Assembly: GCA_046313635.1 (NCBI GenBank)
Contig: JBKBYA010000001.1
Span: forward strand, 652,340 to 716,339
Source of the DNA: Pyrinomonadaceae bacterium
Lineage (GTDB): Bacteria > Acidobacteriota > Blastocatellia > Pyrinomonadales > Pyrinomonadaceae
Reading direction: 5' to 3'
Length of the DNA: 64,000 nt
Below the pieces are notes generated by a model. That model had not been told where the DNA came from. It saw only the letters and a program-made list of their open reading frames with translations, and searched no databases. Below, one piece after another: positions 48,259 to 58,184 of the stretch. The translations under genes and the position numbers were made by a program. The number at the start of each line of letters is the position of its first letter. The first letter of the stretch is position 1.

Positions 48259-50101
48259 AACGATCCGCGTACGACACATCAAGGGCTTTTCGCTGCTTCT
48301 TTTTCTGGTCGCGGCCTGCAGCTCGGCGGTCGCTCAATCGATCGCAGTCGCGCGCGTCGAGTCGAAGGTCGTGATCTTCGACGGCGATATCGTTGCTCGG
48401 AAGCAGTCCGCGATCAACGCGCAGCTCACCCGCGAGTTCAGCAGCGAACAGGCACGCATCAACCGCTTGCGGGCGCGGTACGAAGCGGAAGAAAAACGGC
48501 TTCTCGCTGAAGTCGAATTAATGAATAAAGAGCAGGATGGGTATCGGGCTCGCGGAAGCTGGACTCGTGAAGAGAAGACCGATTTCGAGCGTCGTGGACG
48601 AGAACTGGGTCGAAGGATCGAGAATCTTGATAACAGCAGCCTGGCAAGTGAGATGAACTCGGCCGAAGCCTCGTTAAAGTCCAAAGTCGCGGCGAGGCGC
48701 GCGGAGATCGAGAGGTCGATCCGGGCCGACTTTGATAATTTCAGAGCACTGCTTGCCGAGCAAAACAAGATCGTATTCGTCCCGTTTGCAGACGTCTCCA
48801 GGTCAGCGATCTGGGTCAACGACGCCGAGATCCTTAATAACAAGATCATCGAGGCTTTCGACAGTTACGCGACAAGTAAAGTGCTGCCGTCGGCGACCGG
48901 CATCTTCCAGCCGACCAAAATCGCCGTCATTGACATTGCCAAGCTGAGGCGAGATTTTCTGGACGACGAAAAGAGCATTACCGACACGACCGAGGAGGCC
49001 CTCAAGTCTTTCGCAAAAAAGAAAGGTTACGCGATTCTGCTCCGGCAGTCCGACTCGCTGCCGCAATCTCTGAAGCCCTTTTCGAACTCGAGTTTCGTGG
49101 CTGAGTTTCAGACTGACTACGACGCCGGCGACCTTGCCAAGGTTCGCAGGATGGACAACTTTTTCGGGCTGAACTTTGGCGCAAGCTCGGCCGAGGCCCG
49201 TAGTTTCATAACGGCGAACAAGCTAGGGAAGATCAATGAAAAGGAAAGCTCCAAGTCCGACCTATATATCGACGGCGCGACGCTGAATTATGGATTCCTC
49301 AAGGACCGAAAGATATTCGTCGACGACAAGGTTCGGATCCGAATGTCCTTCGCCAACGACAAATTGTTCTGGGTTCGAGTCCTTTTACCGAGCCTAGCGG
49401 AAGAGGCAGAGGACAGTGAGTATTACGACGAGTGGAACGCGATCAGAAAGGAACTGAACGGACTTTACTACCGCTCGGATGAGTCGGGCGAACATTCGTC
49501 GGGTACCGGGCGCGGAACCATCTGGCGATACCGTCATCCCGACGGATATGACAATACTGTCGAATTTGAGATCTCATGCGCTCTGTGCCCACGCACCCTG
49601 ACCTTTATCGGCGGGAAGTTTCTCAAGGAAGGTGTCGCGGCGCAAGACCGAAAAGCAGAAGCCGAAAAATACTATAGAAAGGCTTCTGCTTATTACTCCG
49701 AGCGCAAGTGGGAACTCGCGGTGACCGAATTCACGAATGCCTTGAAATTGGATCCCGACCACGTTCAGGCCCTCCACTTTCGCGGACACTCTTACAACAT
49801 GCTCGAGCAGATCGACCTTGCCGGTGCCGATTTCAACGCGGCCCTCAAACTCGACCCGAAGGACGCCGATCTGCTCTCGGACCTTTTGGTCGACCGTGCG
49901 AATTTCTTTTTCAACAAAAAGGCGAATTTTGTCCAGGGGCTCGCCGATGCAAACAAAGCGATCCAATTGAAACCAAATTTAGCCAAAGCGTATCTCGTCC
50001 GGGCCAGACTGCATTGTGCGCAGGGGAAAAAGGCGATCGCGGCGGCTGACGAGGAAACGGCCGTCGGTCTCGGAGCAAAGGTGACGAGTCCTTGCCAATG
50101 A
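48245..50101 (+). CDS. Secreted multidomain protein: coiled-coil/Skp-like region plus C-terminal TPRs
   Basis: Signal peptide; KIAVIDI and FAKKKGYAILL; ALKLDP and AIQLKP TPR motifs. Confidence 0.7.
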   Translation: MTTTRTIRVRHIKGFSLLLFLVAACSSAVAQSIAVARVESKVVIFDGDIVARKQSAINAQLTREFSSEQARINRLRARYEAEEKRLLAEVELMNKEQDGYRARGSWTREEKTDFERRGRELGRRIENLDNSSLASEMNSAEASLKSKVAARRAEIERSIRADFDNFRALLAEQNKIVFVPFADVSRSAIWVNDAEILNNKIIEAFDSYATSKVLPSATGIFQPTKIAVIDIAKLRRDFLDDEKSITDTTEEALKSFAKKKGYAILLRQSDSLPQSLKPFSNSSFVAEFQTDYDAGDLAKVRRMDNFFGLNFGASSAEARSFITANKLGKINEKESSKSDLYIDGATLNYGFLKDRKIFVDDKVRIRMSFANDKLFWVRVLLPSLAEEAEDSEYYDEWNAIRKELNGLYYRSDESGEHSSGTGRGTIWRYRHPDGYDNTVEFEISCALCPRTLTFIGGKFLKEGVAAQDRKAEAEKYYRKASAYYSERKWELAVTEFTNALKLDPDHVQALHFRGHSYNMLEQIDLAGADFNAALKLDPKDADLLSDLLVDRANFFFNKKANFVQGLADANKAIQLKPNLAKAYLVRARLHCAQGKKAIAAADEETAVGLGAKVTSPCQ

Positions 50102-50766
50102 GTTTCTGCACTGTCAGATGTGATCTTCGGCGTGCGCTGCTTCCGCTTTGCGTACTGCTACTGTTCGCCTCCGCTTCTCCGGCTCAGCCGGCATTTGACG
50201 TGGTATGCCCTAAAGATGCGGTGCCGCCGGGAATGGTCGTCGGCATTACCGCTGAAACAAAGGCGAAGGTTGGGAACGCGACATTCTTTTGGAGCGTTTC
50301 CGCCGGCCGGATCGAACGCGGGCAGGGGACGCCGGGCATCGACCTTGCGATGCCTGACAAGGAGAACCGCGAGGTGAGGGCAGAGGTGCGGATCTCGGGA
50401 GACTTCTATTTCGAACAGATCCAGGCTTCATGCGTGATGCGGACCGGCGAACTGCCGAAGCCCTGGCTGGTGGATGAGTTCGAGTTCTCGACCCGCGAAT
50501 ACGTCCAGATGAGGCTCGACGCATTCATGACTGAGATCAGCAACGACCCGACGGCGCGGGGCTACGTCGTTATTTCAGGCGGTTCGGGCCGGACGAGCAG
50601 AGGCGTGGTCCGACTCGTTCGCGAGCATTTCGCGTGGCGAAAGTTCGACACGAAGCGGATCGCGATCCGCGCCATCCGGTCGAGCGAGCCGAAGCCGGTG
50701 ATACGGTATTGGCTCGTTCCGCCGGGAGCGGCCTTTGACCCGATGAGACAGGCGGCATCGAAATAG
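50098..50766 (+). CDS. Secreted hypothetical protein (Ig/PKD-like N-terminal region)
   Basis: WSVSAGRIERGQGTP; RLDAF...NDPTARGYV; WLVPPGA; ATG overlaps the upstream TGA. Confidence 0.7.
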   Translation: MSFCTVRCDLRRALLPLCVLLLFASASPAQPAFDVVCPKDAVPPGMVVGITAETKAKVGNATFFWSVSAGRIERGQGTPGIDLAMPDKENREVRAEVRISGDFYFEQIQASCVMRTGELPKPWLVDEFEFSTREYVQMRLDAFMTEISNDPTARGYVVISGGSGRTSRGVVRLVREHFAWRKFDTKRIAIRAIRSSEPKPVIRYWLVPPGAAFDPMRQAASK

Positions 50767-50792
50767 ACGAGCTTTGATCTCCAGACTTACTT

Positions 50793-51194
50793 ATGACAAT
50801 TGAAGAAAGTATCGAGGCCAACGCGCGACTTGTATCGGAGCATTTGAGCGCGCACGCCGGGTTTACGCTCGCTTACGACGAGCGGTCTGTCGAGTGGCTG
50901 GACGGCTTCATTGAGCGGCAAAGGGCCCGCGAGGATTTCGACGTCGCGGCGAATGCCAAACTGAGCAGTATGCTTGGCTGCTTCTTGGGCGAAGCCATGT
51001 GTGCCGAATTCGGCGGCAGATGGCAAGAGACAGATCATGGCCCCGGCGTTGTTTTTGCAAACGGCAGCACGGCATTCCCGCTCGCGAAGGTTGAGAAGCA
51101 GTTCGTCAACGGTGCCGACGCCGGAGATTCGATCCTCGGTTTTTACCGATCCGCACGAGCGATAGGTACGCTTGAGTCGACCGGAGATAATTGA
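50793..51194 (+). CDS. Hypothetical protein (DUF3806-like, tentative)
   Basis: YDERSVEWLD, LGCFLGE, FPLAKV. Confidence 0.65.
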   Translation: MTIEESIEANARLVSEHLSAHAGFTLAYDERSVEWLDGFIERQRAREDFDVAANAKLSSMLGCFLGEAMCAEFGGRWQETDHGPGVVFANGSTAFPLAKVEKQFVNGADAGDSILGFYRSARAIGTLESTGDN

Positions 51195-51349
51195 TCGCCC
51201 GTCGGCCGTGTCCGGCGCGGTTCGGTTGGACGTGGGACAAGGTTCGTGATTCCATTCGCTCTCCCTCAGCAAATGCGAGCTTCGTGAAAACGTCTCGGGA
51301 AAGCGGCAAAAGATCAGACGGGTTCTATCCAATATAGGCAAACACAAAT

Positions 51350-54076
51350 ATGAAATCCATATTCCTCCTCATAACTCTCATTTTGTCCACGTGCGCGTCC
51401 GCCGCAGCTCAACAATACGTGGGGTACGCCGGGCACGATATGACGATCCTGAAAAACGCGGCCGGGAAATACGGCTATTCGGAGAACTCTTACGGGAAGG
51501 ACATCAAGACTCTGAAGATGCTGATCCCTTTTCGTTACGACAGCGCGTCGGAATTCAATGACGCCGGCTACGCAGTCGTCGAGATCGCGGGCAAATGGGG
51601 CGTGATCGATAAGACCGGCAAGACGATCGTGCCGATCGAATACGACTACGCCCACAACGTCGAGAACGGAATGGCCGTGGTCGAGCGCGGCGGCAAATTT
51701 GGGGCGGTCGATCTCACCGGGCGGTTAGCGATACCGTTCGATTACGAGGTTCTTGGATCATTCGACAAATTCGGATTGGCGACGGCCAACCGTTGGGGTC
51801 AGGACGGAATAATAAACAAAGAAAACAAGGTGATGCTGCCGTTCGATTTTATCTCGGCTGCGTCCGCGGGCGACGGATTCATGCGATCGTTCGGTGTCGA
51901 CGGCTGGAAGCACTACGATCCGACCGGCAAGGAGATCCTCTCCGGGTACCAGCCCGAAAACGTCTCAAAGGGCGGATACTTTGCCGCGCAGAAGCAGGGT
52001 GGCAAATTTGGCCTTTTCAGCAAAACGGGAGCCGTCGTGCTGCCGGAGGAATATGATCGGATCGAAGTGGGCAGCAACGGAACATCCGTAATGCTGAAGA
52101 AGGACGGCCTCTACGGTCTCTACGATCTTAAAACAAAATCGTGGCTGATCCCGCGTGAGAACCAATTCATGATGCTTGACGGCGACCGACTGGTACAGGT
52201 CGACAAAACGGAAAACGGCCCGTCGTACTTTGCGGATCTCTCGGGCAAAAACGTGTTTGGTGTTGAGTTTCAGGCTGCGGACCCATTCAAGGATTCGAGT
52301 GCCACGCTCGTCAAACGAAACGGAAAATGGGGTCTGATCGACCGTACCGGTAAATTTGTCCTCGCTCCGGAATTTGAAAAAGAGTCCATTAAATTCGTTT
52401 CCGATGACCGCATCGCTGCGAAAAAGGCCGAGGACCCTTCTTGCAAACCGTGCGGTTGGGGATTGACGGCCCTGAACGGCCAGGTGATCCTGCCGTTTTA
52501 TTACGCCAAGCCGGACCGCAACTTTTTCGAAAGAAGGATCGATGGTCTTCTTAAGCGAAGCCCGTTCGAGCCTGAGACGTCCACGCATAAGTACGGAGTG
52601 ATCCTGGATCTGCGGACCGGCAAACCCGGTGTCGTGGACACGCAGGGCAACTGGATACTCAAGCCCGGCGAGCCATATGAGGATATGAAGCTGAACGGGG
52701 CCAGCTCGTTCAATGACTACGGATTCCTGCTTCCGGTAAAGAAGAACGGCAAGTGGGGCGTCTACGAACTGAATTCGCGCCGCGAGATCATCCCGCCAAC
52801 AATTGTTACCGACGGCGATGGCTTTTCCGAAATTAGGGACGAAAATAGCCATGCTAATTTTTTCGACCGCGACCGCGGATGGGGCATCGCTGTGTACAGT
52901 ACGGGCAAAGTATTTAAGCCCGGCGCTTACAGCTACGAAGACTATGACGAGGAAACGAAGCTGCTCACCGTGACGAAAGGCGGTAACCGGGGATCGGACC
53001 GTCTGTCGGGCAAGTCCGCTGAGGAAAAGGCAATAGCTCTAATGAACGGCTCGACGGGTGAGCTTATGGGGCTGATGCGGCTCGATGGCACGATGGTGAC
53101 CAAACTCGAGTACGACAAGCTGATGTTCAACCGCGACGCTGGCGATCGTTATTGGGCAGTGAAAAATGGCAAAGGCGGATGGATAGATCTAAACGGCAGG
53201 ACGATCATTCCGCATGTTTACGATCTGTGGATCACGGAAGCAGGACGCGGATTTTTGGCGATACTCGACAGTCAATCGTTCGATTCTGACGGGTTGGCTC
53301 TAGTTATCTTCAAGGGCGAGGTCGTGCTTATCGACAAAGTGGGAAAGATCGTCCGGCGAGCGTCCGACCTCGGCGCGCCGAGAGAGGCTTATTTAACGCA
53401 GAGCGATCTTGGCAAGACACGGTATTTCTCTGCGAGTTACGAAATCGACGACAAGAAGCACGAAAAGTTTTTGATAAATGGAAAGATCTACGGGAATGAC
53501 GAGGATGCGAAGTACTTCCACGACGATCTTATAGTCATGACGCGAGACGGGCTGTACGGATACCTCGACCGCGCCGGAAACGAAGTGATCCCGTTCATCT
53601 ATACCAAGGCCGGTGACTTCAACGGCGGGATCGCGTCGGTGATGACGGATAAGGACGCCTTCTATATCAATCGCAGAGGCGAGCGGCTTTACACGATCGA
53701 TCCCCTCATCATCATTACCCGGCGAAGCAGAAGCATGACGCCCCTTATCAAGAACAGTGAGGTCGTGCGCACGATCGATGTCGCGGAGGCGAAGCAGGCG
53801 TTCGACACCGGCGCTGTATTCGTTGATACGCGATCGGCAGAGGGTTATACGAGCGAGCATATTAGAGGAGCCTTGAACATAGAGAAGTCTGCGCTCGAAG
53901 CCAACATCACGAAGCTGCCAAAGACAAAGAAGATCATTGCTTACTGCTCCTGTCCGCGTGAAGAATCGAGCGGCAACTTTATTTACGAGCTAAAGAAAAG
54001 AGGTTACACAGAGGTCTACGCACTTCGCGGCGGTACTAACGCGTGGAAAAATGCGGGTTTTCCGATGGGGAACTGA
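51350..54076 (+). CDS. Secreted WG-repeat protein with C-terminal rhodanese domain
   Basis: Repeated GKWG.IDKTGK.I.P..YD; FVDTRS, EHIRGA, YCSCPREESS, LRGG..AW...GFP. Confidence 0.85.
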   Translation: MKSIFLLITLILSTCASAAAQQYVGYAGHDMTILKNAAGKYGYSENSYGKDIKTLKMLIPFRYDSASEFNDAGYAVVEIAGKWGVIDKTGKTIVPIEYDYAHNVENGMAVVERGGKFGAVDLTGRLAIPFDYEVLGSFDKFGLATANRWGQDGIINKENKVMLPFDFISAASAGDGFMRSFGVDGWKHYDPTGKEILSGYQPENVSKGGYFAAQKQGGKFGLFSKTGAVVLPEEYDRIEVGSNGTSVMLKKDGLYGLYDLKTKSWLIPRENQFMMLDGDRLVQVDKTENGPSYFADLSGKNVFGVEFQAADPFKDSSATLVKRNGKWGLIDRTGKFVLAPEFEKESIKFVSDDRIAAKKAEDPSCKPCGWGLTALNGQVILPFYYAKPDRNFFERRIDGLLKRSPFEPETSTHKYGVILDLRTGKPGVVDTQGNWILKPGEPYEDMKLNGASSFNDYGFLLPVKKNGKWGVYELNSRREIIPPTIVTDGDGFSEIRDENSHANFFDRDRGWGIAVYSTGKVFKPGAYSYEDYDEETKLLTVTKGGNRGSDRLSGKSAEEKAIALMNGSTGELMGLMRLDGTMVTKLEYDKLMFNRDAGDRYWAVKNGKGGWIDLNGRTIIPHVYDLWITEAGRGFLAILDSQSFDSDGLALVIFKGEVVLIDKVGKIVRRASDLGAPREAYLTQSDLGKTRYFSASYEIDDKKHEKFLINGKIYGNDEDAKYFHDDLIVMTRDGLYGYLDRAGNEVIPFIYTKAGDFNGGIASVMTDKDAFYINRRGERLYTIDPLIIITRRSRSMTPLIKNSEVVRTIDVAEAKQAFDTGAVFVDTRSAEGYTSEHIRGALNIEKSALEANITKLPKTKKIIAYCSCPREESSGNFIYELKKRGYTEVYALRGGTNAWKNAGFPMGN

Positions 54077-54167
54077 TCTTGCGGGAGCGCGAAGTCTGAA
54101 TGGGCGGAGACGGCCTTGTAATAGTGATACAAGAAAGATCAATGCAGACCAAGGATCCGGACGAACT

Positions 54168-54563
54168 ATGGCAAAAGGTGACGAATTCTTTTTAGCGAAT
54201 ACCAGAGCCTCGGTGCACTTCGTCTGCTTTGATTGCCGCGTTTCATTCAGGCAGCCGGGATCGTCGCATTGGGACCCCACGGTACCGACGCGGGCGTTTC
54301 CGTGCCCTGAGTGCAGATCCCCGATGCAGCCGATGGGGCGGCACTTCAAGGCCCCGCCGCGCCGCGACAAGCGCCAGTGGCTCAAAGTCGAGTTGCTTTA
54401 CCAGCACGGGGAACGATTTGAATCCGGGACTTCTGGCTTGAACGAAAAGTGCCGCACGCTGGCGGATACAGTCGAATACCTGGCGACACAGGGGCGTTCC
54501 GCCGATTCGGTGCTGGACGTTCTGCATCGGATACAAAGGCAGCGTCGAGGCGGCTCGAAATAG
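54168..54563 (+). CDS. Hypothetical zinc-ribbon protein
   Basis: CFDC and CPEC pairs, MGRHFKAP..W.KV. Confidence 0.7.
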   Translation: MAKGDEFFLANTRASVHFVCFDCRVSFRQPGSSHWDPTVPTRAFPCPECRSPMQPMGRHFKAPPRRDKRQWLKVELLYQHGERFESGTSGLNEKCRTLADTVEYLATQGRSADSVLDVLHRIQRQRRGGSK

Positions 54564-54626
54564 CGGGATCTCGGCGGGCCGGCGGAAATTCCGCCGCCGT
54601 GTTCGTCGATTTAAATTCGTGCAGAT

Positions 54627-55172
54627 ATGAAAAAGTTTATTCCTATCGTCTGCTTAATGCTCGTCCTGAGCGGCGTCACGGCAGCTCAGAGGAAGCGCAA
54701 GCCCAAGTCGCCACCGACACCGCCGTCTCCGGTGTTCGTTCTGAAGGAGGAGCCAAAAGCGAAGTGTGCCAACGACTCCGTGAATGAGCTTCTGAAATAC
54801 GATCCATCCGGTACGGTGGTCTCGACTGAGAGCAGACCGGGCGAATCCGCAAAAACGGACTGCTCGCCGGATAACGCCGGTTCGTCGTCCGGAGCAAAGG
54901 GCCTCAGCTCCCCGCTTAAGATCCTGAGCAAGCCAAAGGCAAACTACACCGACGCGGCTCGAGCGAATAAAGTGAGCGGCCGAGTCAAGTTGACGGTCAC
55001 ATTTCTGGCCTCAGGTCGAGTTGGTTCGATCCGGCCCTTGGCCGGCCTGCCTAACGGATTGACCGAACAGGCCGTCATCGCTGCACGAAACATCCGATTC
55101 GAACCCGAACGAAGAAACGGTGCGCCGGTGTCGGTGTCCAGAATCGTCGTCTACGACTTCGCCATATACTGA
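54627..55172 (+). CDS. Secreted TonB C-terminal domain protein
   Basis: ILSKPKANYTDAAR, GLTEQAV.AA..IRFEP. Confidence 0.85.
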   Translation: MKKFIPIVCLMLVLSGVTAAQRKRKPKSPPTPPSPVFVLKEEPKAKCANDSVNELLKYDPSGTVVSTESRPGESAKTDCSPDNAGSSSGAKGLSSPLKILSKPKANYTDAARANKVSGRVKLTVTFLASGRVGSIRPLAGLPNGLTEQAVIAARNIRFEPERRNGAPVSVSRIVVYDFAIY

Positions 55173-55260
55173 GCGGGCGTCCGCGAGGCACGCCGACGAG
55201 AGGGATCGTAAACGGCATTTGCCCCTGCACTAATTCGCAGCAACTGGCAAAAACCTCGAG

Positions 55261-55292
55261 GCCCGAAGACGAGCGCTTCGGGCTTTTTATTT
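55261..55292 (+). terminator. Rho-independent terminator
   Basis: GCCCGAAG/CTTCGGGC stem followed by TTTTTATTT. Confidence 0.75.
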
Positions 55293-55432
55293 CGCCGGAA
55301 AAAACAGACAATGAACTTGCGGCGAAACGTACTGCCGCAGAGCGGAAATCACGCGAGGCGGCGCGATCGTCATTTTTCTTCGACCTCTGAGATCTAGGCG
55401 GGCCACAATTTTTAGCGGACCAGAGCAGTTTT

Positions 55433-56899
55433 ATGGGTAACGCAAGAACACTTGGGGAACTAAAGGCAAGCGGGTATGTCCCACGGTCGGTCAAGGACGA
55501 GATGCGGTCGAATCTGATCGCAAAGCTGCGTGCGGGCGAGCGACTGTTTCCGGGCATCGTGGGTTACGACGAGACGGTCGTGCCGCAGTTGGTGAATGCC
55601 GTTTTGGCAAAGCACAACTTCATTCTGCTAGGGCTGCGCGGTCAGGCAAAGAGCCGGATCATCCGGCAGCTCACCGACCTGCTCGACGAGGAGATCCCGA
55701 TCATCGCGGGCTCGGAGATCAACGACGATCCATTCAGGCCGCTGAGCGCTTTCGGCCGGCAGCAGCTCGAGCTGCACGGCGACGAGCTAAAGATCGACTG
55801 GGTCCATCGCGACAATCGCTTTGTCGAAAAGCTCGCGACGCCCGACGTGACGATCGCCGACATCATCGGCGACGTCGACCCGATCAAGGCGGCAAAGGGC
55901 GGGCACCTTTTGTCTGACGAGCTGACGATCCACTTCGGCCTTTTGCCGCGGGCCAATCGCGGCATCTTTGCGATCAACGAGCTGCCCGACCTCGCCGGTA
56001 AAATTCAGGTCGGCCTTTTCAACATCATGCAGGAGGGCGACGTGCAGATAAAGGGCTATCCGGTCCGCCTGCCGCTCGACGTGATGCTCGTCTTCTCGGC
56101 AAATCCCGAAGACTACACCGCACGGGGCAAGATCATCACGCCGCTCAAGGACCGCATCGGCGCCGAGATACAGACGCATTACCCAAAGGACGTCGCGACC
56201 AGCGCCGAGATCACACGGCAGGAAGCGTGGGTCGATCGCGGTGAAGGGGCACGGATAGATATACCGGACTTTATAAAAGAGACGATCGAGCAGATCGCAT
56301 TCGAAGCGCGTGACGACCAGCGGATCGACAAGCGTTCCGGAGTGTCGCAGCGTTTCTCGATCAGCACGCTGGAGGCTGCCGTATCAAATGCCGAAAGGCG
56401 TTCGCTGACGACGGGCGAGCCCGAGATCGTTCCGCGTATCTCGGACATTTACGCCGCTTTGCCGGCGATGACCGGCAAGATGGAGCTCGAGTACGAGGGC
56501 GAGCAGATCGGCGCGACGCGGCTCGCGCGAGACCTGATCAAGCGCGCGACGGGTGTGATCTTTGAAGGCTTTTTTCTCGGGATCGATTTTACCCCGACGG
56601 TGCGCTGGTTTGACGCGGGCAACAAGCTGCTGCTCTCTGACAACGCCTCGGCCGACGAATGCGTGACCCTGCTCGACGGCGTACCCGACCTGATCGAGTC
56701 GACGCTCGTGCCTTTAGAATTCGGCCGCGACGATAAGGCCAAGCTCGTCTCGGCATGCGAATTCGTCCTTGAGGGCCTCTACGCGCAAAACAAGATCTCG
56801 CGAAACGAAGAGGGCGGCTTCGAGGCCGTGACCAAAGCCAAGCGCGACCGCCGCGGGATGATCTACGAGGACTTTACGGATATCGAGGGATACAACTAA
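55433..56899 (+). CDS. AAA+ ATPase (Mg-chelatase ChlI-like)
   Basis: GLRGQAKS Walker A variant, [17 protein letters not shown]. Confidence 0.88.
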   Translation: MGNARTLGELKASGYVPRSVKDEMRSNLIAKLRAGERLFPGIVGYDETVVPQLVNAVLAKHNFILLGLRGQAKSRIIRQLTDLLDEEIPIIAGSEINDDPFRPLSAFGRQQLELHGDELKIDWVHRDNRFVEKLATPDVTIADIIGDVDPIKAAKGGHLLSDELTIHFGLLPRANRGIFAINELPDLAGKIQVGLFNIMQEGDVQIKGYPVRLPLDVMLVFSANPEDYTARGKIITPLKDRIGAEIQTHYPKDVATSAEITRQEAWVDRGEGARIDIPDFIKETIEQIAFEARDDQRIDKRSGVSQRFSISTLEAAVSNAERRSLTTGEPEIVPRISDIYAALPAMTGKMELEYEGEQIGATRLARDLIKRATGVIFEGFFLGIDFTPTVRWFDAGNKLLLSDNASADECVTLLDGVPDLIESTLVPLEFGRDDKAKLVSACEFVLEGLYAQNKISRNEEGGFEAVTKAKRDRRGMIYEDFTDIEGYN

Positions 56900-57068
56900 G
56901 GCCGGCTGAATTAGGTAAGCCTGGAAAGCGGGATCTGAATGTCTGCTTTTCTAAAGTCTTCCTTCACCGAGCGGAAAATCTATGCTCTTCCGCTCGCCGA
57001 GAGAGACGCCGGAAAAAGGCTTGTATCAGCATTGAGTGTTACGCCCTCGCTAACGCGCGGGCTTCTGC

Positions 57069-57099
57069 AAAAAAAGAGACCGTCGTTTCCGACGGCCTC
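57069..57099 (-). terminator. Rho-independent terminator, adjacent to a REP-like variant (57043-57068)
   Basis: A-tract followed by GAGACCGTCG/CGACGGCCTC stem. Confidence 0.65.
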
Positions 57100-57130
57100 A
57101 TCACCTTCCCCGGTTCGTTATAACGTCAAC

Positions 57131-57442
57131 TTAGTACCGACGCTGTTTCGGTTTGATCTTGTACGTGTAGATCGCCGAGCCCGCGGCACCTGCGGCCGTT
57201 CCGAGCAGTGCGCCCTTTTTGCCGCCGATCAGTCCGCCGATCAGCGCGCCCGCGCCTGTGCCGATCGCCATGTTGATGACATTGCGGTGACGGCGATAGA
57301 AGCTCGGCCGCTCATAGGTCGATGCCGCGTAGCTGCGCGTGCGGTAGACGCGACGGGTCTGCGCGTCGGCCGAGGTCGCAAACATCGGGACCATTACCGC
57401 AAACATCGCCATCATCATTAATGTCGTGATGAATTTTTTCAT
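57131..57442 (-). CDS. Small secreted glycine-zipper protein
   Basis: Signal peptide; GTGAGALIGGLIGGKKGALLG. Confidence 0.85.
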   Translation of the reverse strand: MKKFITTLMMMAMFAVMVPMFATSADAQTRRVYRTRSYAASTYERPSFYRRHRNVINMAIGTGAGALIGGLIGGKKGALLGTAAGAAGSAIYTYKIKPKQRRY

Positions 57443-57499
57443 TGCTCAAATCTCCCTGAAAAATCTTTCGAGACCTTTCATCTCGCTGCCATAAAGTCG

Positions 57500-57514
57500 G
57501 CAATGACCGTGCCA
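57500..57514 (-). promoter_or_regulatory. Sigma-54 promoter (-24/-12)
   Basis: Minus strand TGGCACGGTCATTGC matches TGGCAC-N5-TTGC. Confidence 0.75.
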
Positions 57515-57680
57515 TTGGCCGAGGTGTTGAAATAGCGTGATTTACCCAGCCCGAGGCGGATCGCTGCGTCCGCGACGGGCACGATATCGGGAAGCGGATC
57601 TTCGTTATCGTATGCCGGCACAAATAGAAAAGCCGCGAGACCCGACGTGCCCGCGGCTTTTCAGAACGGTCCGAAAGACG

Positions 57681-58040
57681 TTAGTACGATCGATAGTAAC
57701 GACGCCGTTTCGGAACGAGCTTGTAGGTGTAAAGGGCCGAGCTGCCGAGACCGACGAGGGCTCCTATCCCTGCGCCGCGACGACCGCCGAGCAGGCCGCC
57801 GACGAGGGCTCCGCCGCCGGTGCCGATCGCCATATTTATGACGTTGCGGTGACGACGGTAGAAGCTCGGACGCCTCTCGGCGACGTAACTTCGCGTCGCG
57901 TAGGTCGGCGTGCGGTTATACGTTCGGGCCGCGTAGCTGCGTTTGCGATGCTTGCGGCAGCTTGGATGAGCTTCCGTGGTGAGCGGCAGGCCCACGGCGA
58001 AAACCAGTAGCATCATTGATGTGACCAAAAACTTTTTCAT
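57681..58040 (-). CDS. Small secreted glycine-zipper protein, paralog of 57131-57442
   Basis: Shares RPSFYRRHRNVINMAIGTG and SA.YTYK. Confidence 0.85.
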   Translation of the reverse strand: MKKFLVTSMMLLVFAVGLPLTTEAHPSCRKHRKRSYAARTYNRTPTYATRSYVAERRPSFYRRHRNVINMAIGTGGGALVGGLLGGRRGAGIGALVGLGSSALYTYKLVPKRRRYYRSY

Positions 58041-58184
58041 AGTGAGAAACACCTTCCTTCCTAAAGATCTAGTGACGAGGAGAGCAGTGTGCTAAGTTTT
58101 TGGAGAGAGTTTTTGAGCTTGTGAGCGCATCTCAAAGATAACTTTGCGCGGCGCGATTAATCAAGCCTCAGGAGCGGGCCGGTA

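Noticed and set aside
46100..55292. Prophage or ICE
   Set aside because: No integrase, phage structural or conjugation genes, and no att repeats seen
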